Virus record (IMG/VR): IMGVR_UViG_3300047508_000265
Location: 19,127 to 83,126 of that record
DNA length: 64,000 nt
Source: a virus
Strand: one strand, 5' to 3'
Below are positions 22,084 through 31,921 of this stretch, one piece after another. The notes under the pieces were generated by a model that searched no databases, was not told the DNA's origin, and was given only the letters and a program-made list of their open reading frames with translations. Made by a program: the position numbers and the translations under genes. The number at the start of each line of letters is the position of its first letter. Position 1 is the stretch's first letter.

Positions 22084-22571
22084 AAACTCCTTTAAAAATT
22101 CTAGAAAAGAATAAACGCTGGCGACTGCGGCATCCGGTTCAAGTAAAAGCAATAAACCAAAGCTATTATTCAAAAAATTCTAGAAAAATAAAAGCCAAGG
22201 TTCGTAGATACAAAAAACAAAACAAAAAGAAAGTAAACGCATCCAACAAAAAATGGCGAGCAAAGAACAAAACAAAAGTAAAAGAAATAGGCCGAAAATA
22301 CTACTTAAAACACCCCGATAAGGCAAGAACAAATTGCGTTAAAAGACGAGCCTTAAAACGAAAAGCTACAATTGGTGATTTAACAGAAATCGCCAAAATT
22401 TACGCCCGCGCCAGAGAGCTTAGACAATGGTTTAATGTCGTAGTTGATCATAAAATTCCTCTTTCAAAAGGCGGGGCGCATTCACCCGAAAATTTACAAA
22501 TTATTTACGCTTACGAAAACGCTCAAAAACACAACAGTTTAACTTATAAACCTAAAATAATTTTCAAATGA
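22080..22571 (+). CDS. HNH homing endonuclease, family A (VDH..PL.KGGAHS.ENLQIIY...IFK)
   Basis: HNH motif; C-terminus nearly identical to 28777 and 39447. Confidence 0.9.
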   Translation: MKTPLKILEKNKRWRLRHPVQVKAINQSYYSKNSRKIKAKVRRYKKQNKKKVNASNKKWRAKNKTKVKEIGRKYYLKHPDKARTNCVKRRALKRKATIGDLTEIAKIYARARELRQWFNVVVDHKIPLSKGGAHSPENLQIIYAYENAQKHNSLTYKPKIIFK

Positions 22572-22771
22572 TCCCCGAACTTAAAATCACAGAACGGGAA
22601 GATTATATTTGGTTCCGCATCCCTTGGCGCAATTGGTACATGAGGTGTTGCAATTGCCATCTGATACACAGAATTAATCACAAACTTGTTAACGGAAAAC
22701 TATTCTTGCAGGCGATCAGAGAAGATGAGCTAACAAAACAAAATGAGAATACTAAAAATAACTTGGCTTGA
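22568..22771 (+). CDS. Small Zn-finger-like hypothetical protein
   Basis: CCNCHLIH; ATGA-coupled. Confidence 0.55.
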   Translation: MIPELKITEREDYIWFRIPWRNWYMRCCNCHLIHRINHKLVNGKLFLQAIREDELTKQNENTKNNLA

Positions 22772-22982
22772 CAGTATAAGAAACGGAGGATGGCAATCTA
22801 ACCAAGCATATTGCGATGAAGCAGACTACAAGGGCCTTCTTCATACTTCAGTAGGCTATGAAATACAAAACGCCACTCACTCAATCCTTCTCGCCCAAAG
22901 CAAAGCAGAGCACACTACAAATATTTGTGATACAATTCAAATTCCAAAAAGAACTATTATCAAAATCAAAGTTCTAAAATGA
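22743..22982 (+). CDS. Hypothetical phage protein
   Basis: ITWLDS...GW...SVGY...LAQS...IP motif. Confidence 0.65.
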   Translation: MRILKITWLDSIRNGGWQSNQAYCDEADYKGLLHTSVGYEIQNATHSILLAQSKAEHTTNICDTIQIPKRTIIKIKVLK

Positions 22983-24232
22983 CGCCACTTTTTTCAATCC
23001 AAAAAACGCACGTAGCAAAGCTACAAAAAATACTTGATACACACTCGGCAGTCCTTGATTCCTCAGATTGTGGAACGGGGAAGACATATGTCGGAGCAGA
23101 ACTAGCTCGACTTCACAAAGGTCCAGTTCTAGTGGTTGCGCCTTTAGCAACCCTTCCTTTCTGGCGAGCTATTATGAAGGATCGCGGAGTTCCTGCGGGC
23201 TTCATAAATTATGAGAAATTACGCACTGGTAGAACTGAATTTGTAAAGAAAGAGCCAATGCTGTGGAAATGGCAGCTTTCTAATTCGGCTATGATTATCT
23301 TTGATGAGGCGCATCGCCTCAAATCAAGAGACTCCATTATCAGTAAAATCGCCATCGCTGCCAAACCTTACAAGAATATTTTCCTTAGCGCCACGATAGC
23401 AGAGAACCCTCTACACCTTCGCGCTGTAGGATTTCTGCTTGGCTTACACAATCTCAAGAACTATTGGAATTGGTGCCGGATTTTGAAATGCGCTCCAAAT
23501 GGTTGGGGCGGTCTTGAGTTCACTGGAGGTCAAAAAGAACTGCAAAAACTCCACGCACAAATTTATCCCGAACACGGCGATAGAATTTCCCTGACTGACA
23601 TGGCTGACCTGTTTCCTGAAAACCGAATCGTCTATCAAAAAATAGACTTCGGCGATAAAGGAAAAATTCAGGCGTTATATGAGGAAATGGAAGCAGAGCT
23701 TACCGCGCTCAAGGAAACAGCGGAACAAGATAGCAAGGGCGCAGAGGCTTTAACTATCCAGTTGCGCCAAAGGCAAAAAACGGAACTGCTGAAAGTTCCG
23801 ATGTTGGCAGAACGAGCACAAGATTTAGTAGAAGAAGGAATGTCTGTAGTTATCTTCTGTTGCTTCCGAGATACTATTCGCGCCTTGCAGCAACGCCTTC
23901 CCAACGCACCAGCGATAGAAGGAGGCCAGAAACCTGAGGAACGGGAACGAATTAAGCAGGATTTTCAATCAGACAAAACCCCAATCCTTCTCTGTAACGT
24001 CGCCGCCGGAGGCGCGGGAATCTCACTTCATGGAACCAAACCACGAGCAACCCTGATTACCCTTTCTTGGACTGCCCCTGACATCAAACAAGCTCTGGGA
24101 CGAACACATCGGGCTAAAGGTTCGTCCTCTATCCAGTATATTTTGACCTGCAGCGATTCAGTGGAAGAACAATTGGAAGTCGCAGTACGACAGAAACTTG
24201 CGAATATTGAAACACTAAATGTTGGAAATTAA
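22979..24232 (+). CDS. SF2 (SNF2/DEAH-like) helicase
   Basis: GTGKT, DEAH, SAT, G.GISL, QALGRTHR. Confidence 0.9.
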   Translation: MTPLFSIQKTHVAKLQKILDTHSAVLDSSDCGTGKTYVGAELARLHKGPVLVVAPLATLPFWRAIMKDRGVPAGFINYEKLRTGRTEFVKKEPMLWKWQLSNSAMIIFDEAHRLKSRDSIISKIAIAAKPYKNIFLSATIAENPLHLRAVGFLLGLHNLKNYWNWCRILKCAPNGWGGLEFTGGQKELQKLHAQIYPEHGDRISLTDMADLFPENRIVYQKIDFGDKGKIQALYEEMEAELTALKETAEQDSKGAEALTIQLRQRQKTELLKVPMLAERAQDLVEEGMSVVIFCCFRDTIRALQQRLPNAPAIEGGQKPEERERIKQDFQSDKTPILLCNVAAGGAGISLHGTKPRATLITLSWTAPDIKQALGRTHRAKGSSSIQYILTCSDSVEEQLEVAVRQKLANIETLNVGN

Positions 24233-24295
24233 CTGCTTATTTGTAAAAATACTTTTGTGTTATATGCGCTTTTGTAAAATTTAATCACAATAATA

Positions 24296-24324
24296 TTGAC
24301 TTACAGGTTAAAATTTGAGATAAT
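24296..24324 (+). promoter_or_regulatory. Promoter TTGACT-N17-GATAAT, 9 nt before a TTG start
   Basis: Conserved AAAATTTGAGATAATAGAAGA. Confidence 0.75.
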
Positions 24325-24333
24325 AGAAGAACA

Positions 24334-25548
24334 TTGAAAACGGATTTAGACGGGGCCGCAGAAGAGTCAGAGTTGCAGAAACCTTCTCAACTTGAAACTG
24401 TGGTTCCCGAACGAATAGATGAAACAGGACAAGCACATGCCACCTTTCCGCCTTCTCAACTGTCGAATTTCGAGAAATGTCCTGGCTTTAGAAATCGCCC
24501 CAGCGCGGAATCAAGTAACCCTGAATCCGCGGCCAAGGGCACACGAATCCATAAAGCACTGGAGAAAGATGCAGTTGACGACTTAAAAAATGAAGAAGAA
24601 AAGGGGCTCGCGCAAATTCTTAAAGATTACATAGATGGCGTTATTCAAGAAAATTTACCTACCCTCCCTTCGATTGATCGGCGTGAAATCAGACTCACGA
24701 TGGATTTGGGCGGAGGACTTAAAACGTTTGGAACCTGTGATCGTATTCTTATCTACGGTACCAAAGGACGAGTTTTTGATTACAAAACGGGTTTTCGTGA
24801 GGTGGCTGATGCGGAGACAAATGCGCAAGCGTGGAGCTACTCGTTAGGCAGCTTTCAAAAATACGACTACTTAGATGAAATCAAATTCACCTTTCTCGTC
24901 CCGCAAAGAGACGAAGTCCTCTCTCATACTTTTAAACGATCAGACATGCCAGATATTAGGCTTCGGCTCAACACCATTATCCGCCGCGCTATGGCAATTG
25001 ACTGGTCAAAACCCGTCGATCCTAAAAAACTTAATCCTCAACCCTCGCTTTGCGAGTGGTGTAAATATCAAGGAACCTGCCCTGCCCTAGCCGAAAAGGC
25101 ATTGAAAATTGGCGCTGCCCTCCTCCCCGGTCTCCCAGTGCCGACATCAGTGCTCGTAGATGCCAGCCGTCCGAATGATATCCCCCTCATTCTGCGGCTG
25201 GCACCTCTCATGGAGGAATGGGCCAAGAATGCACGGCAGACCGCACTCAAGCTGAATATGGAAGAAGGGTTAGATATTCCTGGCTTCAAGCGCATCGAGC
25301 GATCTACACCACGAGCGGTTACTTCCGTAGTGGGCGCATGGGAGGCCATAAAAGATAAAATCGGATTGGACGATTTCTTAGCCGCTTGTGCCCAAGTATC
25401 CGTGCATCAATTAGAGCAGATGTTCGCCGATCAAGCGAAGCGAGGTGGCAAGGCGAAAGCGAGACAAGACCTCGAAATCAGATTGCGTCAAGCTGATGTG
25501 CTACGCGATCAGGGAAAAATTTATTATTTACGAGAAAAAAAATCATGA
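24334..25548 (+). CDS. PD-(D/E)XK / Cas4-like exonuclease (DUF2800-like)
   Basis: PS...CPG, GTRIH, E...GTCD...DYKTG, Q..Y, C.WC....CP. Confidence 0.85.
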   Translation: MKTDLDGAAEESELQKPSQLETVVPERIDETGQAHATFPPSQLSNFEKCPGFRNRPSAESSNPESAAKGTRIHKALEKDAVDDLKNEEEKGLAQILKDYIDGVIQENLPTLPSIDRREIRLTMDLGGGLKTFGTCDRILIYGTKGRVFDYKTGFREVADAETNAQAWSYSLGSFQKYDYLDEIKFTFLVPQRDEVLSHTFKRSDMPDIRLRLNTIIRRAMAIDWSKPVDPKKLNPQPSLCEWCKYQGTCPALAEKALKIGAALLPGLPVPTSVLVDASRPNDIPLILRLAPLMEEWAKNARQTALKLNMEEGLDIPGFKRIERSTPRAVTSVVGAWEAIKDKIGLDDFLAACAQVSVHQLEQMFADQAKRGGKAKARQDLEIRLRQADVLRDQGKIYYLREKKS

Positions 25549-25742
25549 GCAAAGCAAATTCATCAATTCAAATCGGCCCCAGCGGATCAATGTTACTTAC
25601 AATCGTATTCGTATTTTTAAAAGTACTCGGATACATTACTTGGTCTTGGTGGTGGGTTTTCTCGCCACTTTGGATTTCCGCAATTATTGGACTCTTAATT
25701 CTAGTAGCAGTAATCGGATTAGCACTATGGGCCGAGTCATGA
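25545..25742 (+). CDS. Small membrane protein
   Basis: LK..G.I.WSWWWVFSPLWI motif common in phages. Confidence 0.75.
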   Translation: MSKANSSIQIGPSGSMLLTIVFVFLKVLGYITWSWWWVFSPLWISAIIGLLILVAVIGLALWAES

Positions 25743-26047
25743 AATGAGCCCACGATACAATTTCTTAGTGTTTATGATTCTGTTAGGATTAGACTTCGGT
25801 CGATCTTACGCAGGTCTATTCGCTACGATAGCAACAGGAATCCTCTTAATAGTCGATATCCTGCCAAGTAAACCCAAATGAAACTACCTAACGAAATATT
25901 CGTAATCAAAGAAAAAGACGGTAATGATTCCTATCTGATCGCCTTTAATTCATTGGATGAAATTCCAATGGACCAAAATGGTGATTCAGTAGGCGTCTAC
26001 CAGCTTCAAGAAACCCGAAAATTAAAAGTAACAACTGAATTAATCTA

Positions 26048-26803
26048 ATGGCAAAGACATCATTCGTAAAGAAAGCAGAAGTAGTAGAATCTACTCCGGA
26101 ATCAGTCACGGATACGACTGTCGCTGTGGCGCAGCCCAAAACGCTCGCAGTGCAACATGAGGGCAAGGATGACATGTTTGGCGAGTGGCTCCCAGGAGAC
26201 TCAAAACTCCCTAGGCTGAACATCAGACAAAAATCCAGTGGTGATGAACTACAGGAGAACTTTGAATTCGGAGACCTTGTATTCGCCAAGAAAATCAAAC
26301 TCGCAGATGAGAATTCAACTGTAACCGTAGTGCCTATTATTGCTGGTAAAGATTACCAGCAGAAGGTGCCATTCGGTGAGGGCCAAGGCGTAGTTTATCC
26401 TACTGCCCAAGCTGTAATCGACAATGGCGGAGTGCTGCAGTATAGCAAAGAGGCTGTAAACGAGCAGACCTACTTCGGTCCGAGAGCGCATATTGAACTT
26501 GCAATTAAGGCGCCGAAAGGCTTGTCGGAAGACGACCTCAACTACTTCCCATTTGAGTTTAATGGCGAAAGTTGGGCGGTCTGCCTGTTCACAGTAGCGT
26601 CTAGCGCTTATACATCATTCGCAAAAGAACTGGAAACACTGCGACGTCATAACGTAATCATGCGCAAAGGATTAATATATGGCCAACTAGAGTTGACTAC
26701 TAAGCAAAGGAATAAACCTGGACAATCATGGTTTATTCCTGTAGCTAAATTAGTCGGTGAAAACCCGCCTGAATTAGTAGAGTTCTTAGAGAAGATTAAA
26801 TAA
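26048..26803 (+). CDS. Putative ssDNA-binding/recombination protein
   Basis: LPRLNI.QK.S, G..VF, WFIP pattern; replication-module position. Confidence 0.55.
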   Translation: MAKTSFVKKAEVVESTPESVTDTTVAVAQPKTLAVQHEGKDDMFGEWLPGDSKLPRLNIRQKSSGDELQENFEFGDLVFAKKIKLADENSTVTVVPIIAGKDYQQKVPFGEGQGVVYPTAQAVIDNGGVLQYSKEAVNEQTYFGPRAHIELAIKAPKGLSEDDLNYFPFEFNGESWAVCLFTVASSAYTSFAKELETLRRHNVIMRKGLIYGQLELTTKQRNKPGQSWFIPVAKLVGENPPELVEFLEKIK

Positions 26804-26849
26804 CCAAACAACATTGGACACGCGGGTCCAACCCCCGCACTGTCCATTT

Positions 26850-27194
26850 ATGTATTACAAAAGTAAAAAATTTTACAAGACACGGAAACGTTATGCTAAA
26901 ACGCATCGAGTCGAGCTACGAATTAAGCAACGTCAATATAATAGAAAACTAAAAGAAGATATATTTAATCATTATGGAATCGAATGCGCTCACTGTAAAT
27001 TTTCTGATTTACGAGCTTTATCTATCGATCATATTAACGGGGGCGGCACTCAACATAGAAAAAAGTTTAAAAGTCCCTACTCTTTTTACATATGGTTGCG
27101 ACAAAATAAATTTCCAAAAGGGTTTCAAACTCTTTGTATGAATTGCCAATTTATCAAACGACATACAAACAACGAAAGTACCCGAATAAAATGA
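26850..27194 (+). CDS. HNH homing endonuclease, family B
   Basis: HYGIECAHC...IDHINGGG...FYIWL...FPKGFQTLCMNC. Confidence 0.85.
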   Translation: MYYKSKKFYKTRKRYAKTHRVELRIKQRQYNRKLKEDIFNHYGIECAHCKFSDLRALSIDHINGGGTQHRKKFKSPYSFYIWLRQNKFPKGFQTLCMNCQFIKRHTNNESTRIK

Positions 27195-27724
27195 AACTAA
27201 TCGGCATCACAGGACGCAAAAAATCAGGTAAAGATACAGCAGCGCGAGCCCTGATAACAGAAGGCTACTGGCCACTGCGCTTCGCAGGCGGGTTGAAGGC
27301 GATGGTGGCATGCCTACTCACCTACATGGGCATAGAGCCCGCGACCATCGAGAAGATGATCGATGGCGATTTGAAGGAAATGCCTTTTCCATATCTGGAA
27401 GGCAAGTCTTGTCGACAGATTATGCAAACTTTGGGTACAGAATGGGGCAGGGATTGTGTAGGCAGGGATTTATGGGTTCACATTTGCATGGAACGAGCGA
27501 AGTCCTACGACAAGGTTGTCGTTACGGATGTTCGCTTTAAGAATGAGGAGAAAGCAATCAGGGAGGCAGGCGGAAAGATCGTGAAGATTGAACGACCTAC
27601 ATTGGTGAGAGACGATCACCCCTCTGAGGCAATTGACAAAATCCACCCCGATCTAATTATTATGAACACAGGAACAATTAAATACCTACAGGAGAAAATT
27701 ACTGAATATGCGCGAAGGAACTGA
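27191..27724 (+). CDS. Deoxynucleoside monophosphate kinase
   Basis: IGITGRKKSGKDT, FA..LK, RQIMQTLGTEWGR, DVRF.NE, H.SE. Confidence 0.9.
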   Translation: MKLIGITGRKKSGKDTAARALITEGYWPLRFAGGLKAMVACLLTYMGIEPATIEKMIDGDLKEMPFPYLEGKSCRQIMQTLGTEWGRDCVGRDLWVHICMERAKSYDKVVVTDVRFKNEEKAIREAGGKIVKIERPTLVRDDHPSEAIDKIHPDLIIMNTGTIKYLQEKITEYARRN

Positions 27725-28208
27725 GAAATTTAATGACGAAGCTAAAGGCGGCTATTCGTACGCCGAAAAACTTGCTCTGGTAGCACAAGAGGCCATGGAT
27801 CCCTCCGAAATAGGTTTAGAGACCGCAGCACAAGCAAGAGCGAAAATTGTAGACAAGCCGCCTGCGTTAATGAAACTCAGTGACTTCGTGACATTTGAGG
27901 CATCTGTAGTCCCGCCGCAACTCCGCGCTCACTGGGCCTACCAAGATTTAACAATTAAACCCGAGAATATGAAAGCTTGGGAGGCTGATTGGTGTGAACA
28001 GCACAAAAATGAATACGCTATCCAAGGCCTTCTCCACAGTGGCGGCTTGGCCGCACAAGTTGGCCAACTCTTCACAGACCCGATACTGGGATTCTGTGAA
28101 ATGTTGCGCAAAGCTGCAGAATTACTAGAAAAGAAATATGAAGAGCTTAAAAAGACAGACCCCAACCCTATCATCACAAGAGACGAAGCTACTAAAGAAA
28201 GCAGTTAG
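27708..28208 (+). CDS. Hypothetical protein
   Basis: 166-aa ORF in operon. Confidence 0.65.
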   Translation: MREGTEKFNDEAKGGYSYAEKLALVAQEAMDPSEIGLETAAQARAKIVDKPPALMKLSDFVTFEASVVPPQLRAHWAYQDLTIKPENMKAWEADWCEQHKNEYAIQGLLHSGGLAAQVGQLFTDPILGFCEMLRKAAELLEKKYEELKKTDPNPIITRDEATKESS

Positions 28209-28638
28209 TTTATTTCCAAGCTTAATTGCAAGAGACTGCGGAAATGTTGAAGGAACTCCATGTAATGATCTTAACCACAGATATGTTTGCAAGTATCATC
28301 GTTGGTTAACCAAAGCTCGTGCTGCATTAAAAAATGAAAAGAAAACGTAAACGAAGCCAGAGGTTTGACCGGCCCTTCTACCAAACAAAGCACGGACTCC
28401 GAGGAGGAATAAAAGACTCCTACGGAAAAGTGTATGAAGTCCGACCTGACGGATCGATAAAACGAATTTCTTCAAGACGCCATGAATAAATTACTAACCG
28501 CTTTACTTTTTATCCTTTCCTTCTCAGTTGGATTTTTTATTGGTTGGGCGATTCTAAACTATCCGTTGCCCGTAATCGCAGCAACAATGATCATTCAAAC
28601 CTTTACAAACAGACTTTAACAAATTAAAATGAAAGCAT

Positions 28639-28768
28639 GGACCTGCACAACTGGCTGGTGCTTTGGCGAAACGCCTAGACGGGTAGCGGGAACGGATTCT
28701 GTCCCGTTCAACCGCATCTCTCCCATCGCAAGATGGCGCCTTGTGAATTGCCTTAGGTGTGCGGGTCC
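28639..28768 (+). ncRNA. Candidate multibranched structured RNA (130 nt)
   Basis: 11-bp closing stem GGACCUGCACA/UGUGCGGGUCC; inner hairpins GGCG-AAA-CGCC, GCGG.GAACGG/CCGUUC.CCGC, CCAUC-GCAA-GAUGG. Confidence 0.55.
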
Positions 28769-28776
28769 TTTAATTT

Positions 28777-29217
28777 ATGGGTTCCTCAATTAAATACTAC
28801 AAAGAGCATCCAGAAAAACGTCGTGAACATATGCGACAATGGAGAGCTAACCGTCCGGGCTATAAATCTGCAGAAGGAAAATTATATCGTAAACGGTACC
28901 CTGAAAAAGCTAGATTATCTTGTCGAAAAAATTATCAAAAGCACAAACAAGAGAGAATTCAAAAAGGCGCCATTCATGCCAGAACTTATAGAGCCAGAAA
29001 ACATGGCGCAACTATAGGAAACGCAAAAGACATCCTAAAAATTTATAACCGAGCGAAAGAACTGCGGCAATCTGGGTTTGATGTAGCCGTTGATCACATT
29101 TTCCCGCTTTCAAAGGGAGGAGCGCATTCTGTGGAAAATCTTCAAATAATTTACTCTTTTGAAAACTCTCAAAAAGGCGATCGGCTTAATTACATACCTT
29201 CTATTATTTTCAAATGA
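28777..29217 (+). CDS. HNH homing endonuclease, family A
   Basis: VDHIFPLSKGGAHSVENLQIIY. Confidence 0.9.
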   Translation: MGSSIKYYKEHPEKRREHMRQWRANRPGYKSAEGKLYRKRYPEKARLSCRKNYQKHKQERIQKGAIHARTYRARKHGATIGNAKDILKIYNRAKELRQSGFDVAVDHIFPLSKGGAHSVENLQIIYSFENSQKGDRLNYIPSIIFK

Positions 29218-30977
29218 TCACTTACGATTTTGACTACGAGACCTACTACGATCGTGATTTTTCAGTTAAGACCCTTGGAAATTGGATGTATACTCACGAC
29301 GAACGTTTCGATGCTTATCTTCTCACTGTTGAAGGCGACAACGGTTACGAGTGGGCAGGGAATCCAAAAGAATTTGATTGGGAAAGATTCAATGGACAAA
29401 TCGGAGTAGCGCACAATGCAGGATTTGACTTCGCGGTAACAGAACGGCTAAAGGAATTAGGCATCGCGCCAGCTTTTACATGGGCAGAACTTTATGACAC
29501 TGCTGACCTTGCAGCCTATCTCGGCTACCCACGGAGTTTAGCTTCCGCATCTTTTCATCTTCTAGGCGTCAGTCTTAGCAAGGAAATACGCGACAAGGCT
29601 AAAGGAAAGCATTGGAATGAAATGACGCCTGAATTCCAGAAACAAATGCTCGCCTATGGCAAGAATGACTCCAAAATTGGGCTACGTCTTTGGAAAGAGC
29701 ATGGGCACAAGATGCCACAATGGGAACGCGAGCTATCCAGATTGACGAGAGAAATGTGCTGGCGGGGAGTTCCTACAGACCCAGCAAAAGTCAAGGCAGC
29801 TATCACAAATCTTGAGACCCGCTTGATCACAGCACGGTCGTTGATTCCATGGGTTAAGGATAATCCAGAGGCGCCAGTATTGTCATTGAAGCAAGCAGGA
29901 CTGGAAGCTCGCAAGCACGGCGTAGCACCGCCAAAGTCGTTTGCGAAAGATAGTGAGGAATTTGCAGAATGGGTTACGCAATACGGCGAAAAATTTCCAT
30001 GGGCCCGCGGGCTAGGGGAATATCGCAGCGTTAACATGTTGCTCCAAAAACTAATTACACTCAAAGAAAGAACAGATTCGTCTGGCGTATTCCGTTATGG
30101 ATTAAAATACTTTGGGGCGCATACAGGCAGAGACAGTGGTGACTCCGGTTTCAATCCACAAAATTTGGCAAGAAAACCGATGTTTGGGGTTGATGTTAGA
30201 GGATGCGTTATTACCGCTCCAAAAGGATATATTTTAGGAATCGCAGACGAGGCCGCTATTCAACCTAAAATAGTAACTCTTTTTTCAAAAGACAAAGAAA
30301 TTTTGGATCTTCTGCACAAAGGGCAAGATATTTATGAGGCCCAAGCTAGAATATCTCATGGTTACACAAATCCTGAGCCTCTAAAAGAGAGCGATCCCGA
30401 CTTCCGCAAACATATGAAAGTCGAGTTATTGGGCTGCATGTTTGGTGCTGGCGCCGCAAAAGTACAAATTATCGCCAAACAACAGGTAGGACTGGATATC
30501 TCCTTCTCCGAGGCAGAGAAGATTGTAAACACCTTTCGCAAAAGAAAATTTATTCCAAATTTATGGAAGCATCTTGAATCGCAAATAGCAAAATCTGCTC
30601 CAGGAGACTGGGAACTTGAACTGCCCTCAGGCAGAATAATGAACTACCGAAATGTACGAAGCTTTGGGAACACCAGTGCCGAAATTCCACGACTAGGAAA
30701 AATGCTGCGAGTAAAATTATGGGGTGGCACATTATGCGAAAATTTAGCCCAAGCGGTAGAACGAGATATAGTAATGTGGCATGTTCTTCAAATAGTTAGT
30801 GCTGGATTTCAAATTCTGCTAAGAGCGCACGATGAATTAGTCCTATTATTAAAAGAATCCGAAGCAGAAACAAAATTAGCAGAAGCTCTTGCTATAATGA
30901 GTCAGCCTCCGCCATGGCTTAAAGAATTTCCTGCTGGAGCAGAAGGGCAACTTAGCAAATCCTATAAGAAAATATGA
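29214..30977 (+). CDS. polA: Family A DNA polymerase with 3'-5' exonuclease
   Basis: ExoI DYET, ExoII HNAGFD, HTGR.SG, motif A DEAAIQPK (atypical), motif B R...K...LG..FG, motif C HDE. Confidence 0.92.
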   Translation: MITYDFDYETYYDRDFSVKTLGNWMYTHDERFDAYLLTVEGDNGYEWAGNPKEFDWERFNGQIGVAHNAGFDFAVTERLKELGIAPAFTWAELYDTADLAAYLGYPRSLASASFHLLGVSLSKEIRDKAKGKHWNEMTPEFQKQMLAYGKNDSKIGLRLWKEHGHKMPQWERELSRLTREMCWRGVPTDPAKVKAAITNLETRLITARSLIPWVKDNPEAPVLSLKQAGLEARKHGVAPPKSFAKDSEEFAEWVTQYGEKFPWARGLGEYRSVNMLLQKLITLKERTDSSGVFRYGLKYFGAHTGRDSGDSGFNPQNLARKPMFGVDVRGCVITAPKGYILGIADEAAIQPKIVTLFSKDKEILDLLHKGQDIYEAQARISHGYTNPEPLKESDPDFRKHMKVELLGCMFGAGAAKVQIIAKQQVGLDISFSEAEKIVNTFRKRKFIPNLWKHLESQIAKSAPGDWELELPSGRIMNYRNVRSFGNTSAEIPRLGKMLRVKLWGGTLCENLAQAVERDIVMWHVLQIVSAGFQILLRAHDELVLLLKESEAETKLAEALAIMSQPPPWLKEFPAGAEGQLSKSYKKI

Positions 30978-31273
30978 GGGCCCGCGATCAAGCATATGTG
31001 GATAAAATCTTCAATCACTACGGACGGAAATGCATCTGTTGTGACGAAGATGAAATACGTTTCCTAACGATTGATCATATCAACAACGACGGAAATAAAC
31101 ACAGAAGGAACTTCAAACAATACACCGGCGCCGCATTTTATCGTTGGATTGTGAAGATGGGATTTCCAAACGATCTTCAAATCCTATGTGCTAATTGTAA
31201 TTCAGGCAAACATCGTAATGGCGGTATATGCCCGCACCAAACAAAAGCGGCCAAAGAAATCGAGGAAGGGTAG
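30974..31273 (+). CDS. HNH homing endonuclease, family B (short N-terminus)
   Basis: HYGRKCICC...IDHINNDG...LCANCN...CPH. Confidence 0.85.
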   Translation: MRARDQAYVDKIFNHYGRKCICCDEDEIRFLTIDHINNDGNKHRRNFKQYTGAAFYRWIVKMGFPNDLQILCANCNSGKHRNGGICPHQTKAAKEIEEG

Positions 31274-31327
31274 CCTCTTTACTAGGACAAGTCTCTTCAC
31301 AAACTCCAATGACCGCAGGATAACATA

Positions 31328-31921
31328 ATGAGAAAACCAGGAATTGAAACTTTTACTGGCAAAAGAGTTTTGATTAAAAACACAAAACCGAAGAGCATTA
31401 ACATATATGATATTGCTCGCGGACTGGCCATGACAGTTAGGTTCAATGGACAACTCGATGATTTCTTCTGCGTAGGACAGCATTGTATAAATGTAAAAAA
31501 CATGCTGAAATCAATGGGCGAGCCCCCGCCTGTTCAAATGTATGGACTGCTTCACGACGCTCCTGAATTCGCTTTAGGCGATTTAGTACGACCGGTAAAA
31601 ATAATGCTTCCCTCCTTTAAAAAACTAGAGACAGGAGTGATGAAGGCGGTGTTAAAGGCACTGGGACTCCGCAAACAACTTGCTCTAACCAAGGAGCAAC
31701 TCAAAAGTGTGAAGTTCGCCGACAACTATCAGGTAATCATTGAACGTCTAGCTCTTAAATCTGCAGCATGCAAAAAGAACGGTTGGAATGATTTTGGTCC
31801 TCAACCAAGAGAACTAGGAATGGACCCCAAGGCTAAAAGGAAAAAACTAATCTGCATGAGTTGGAAAACGGCCGAAAAGAAGTATCTTAAGGAATTCAAA
31901 AAACTGAAAGCGGAATTATGA
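31328..31921 (+). CDS. HD-domain phosphohydrolase (YfbR/YfdR-like 5'-deoxynucleotidase)
   Basis: DIA..L...RFNG....V.QH...LLHDA.E...GD..P.K. Confidence 0.85.
   Translation: MRKPGIETFTGKRVLIKNTKPKSINIYDIARGLAMTVRFNGQLDDFFCVGQHCINVKNMLKSMGEPPPVQMYGLLHDAPEFALGDLVRPVKIMLPSFKKLETGVMKAVLKALGLRKQLALTKEQLKSVKFADNYQVIIERLALKSAACKKNGWNDFGPQPRELGMDPKAKRKKLICMSWKTAEKKYLKEFKKLKAEL

Noticed and set aside
22555-22575. TTCAA at HNH 3' ends as an IS200/IS605 right end
   Set aside because: No TnpA/TnpB, no subterminal hairpins and no shared left end; conserved F-K codons explain it
24334-25548. Cas4-like nuclease as evidence of CRISPR-Cas
   Set aside because: Stand-alone PD-(D/E)XK nuclease in a helicase-SSB-polA module, common in phages
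26815-26846. tRNA or tmRNA gene
   Set aside because: Only a T-arm-like hairpin; no D-arm, anticodon arm or tag reading frame
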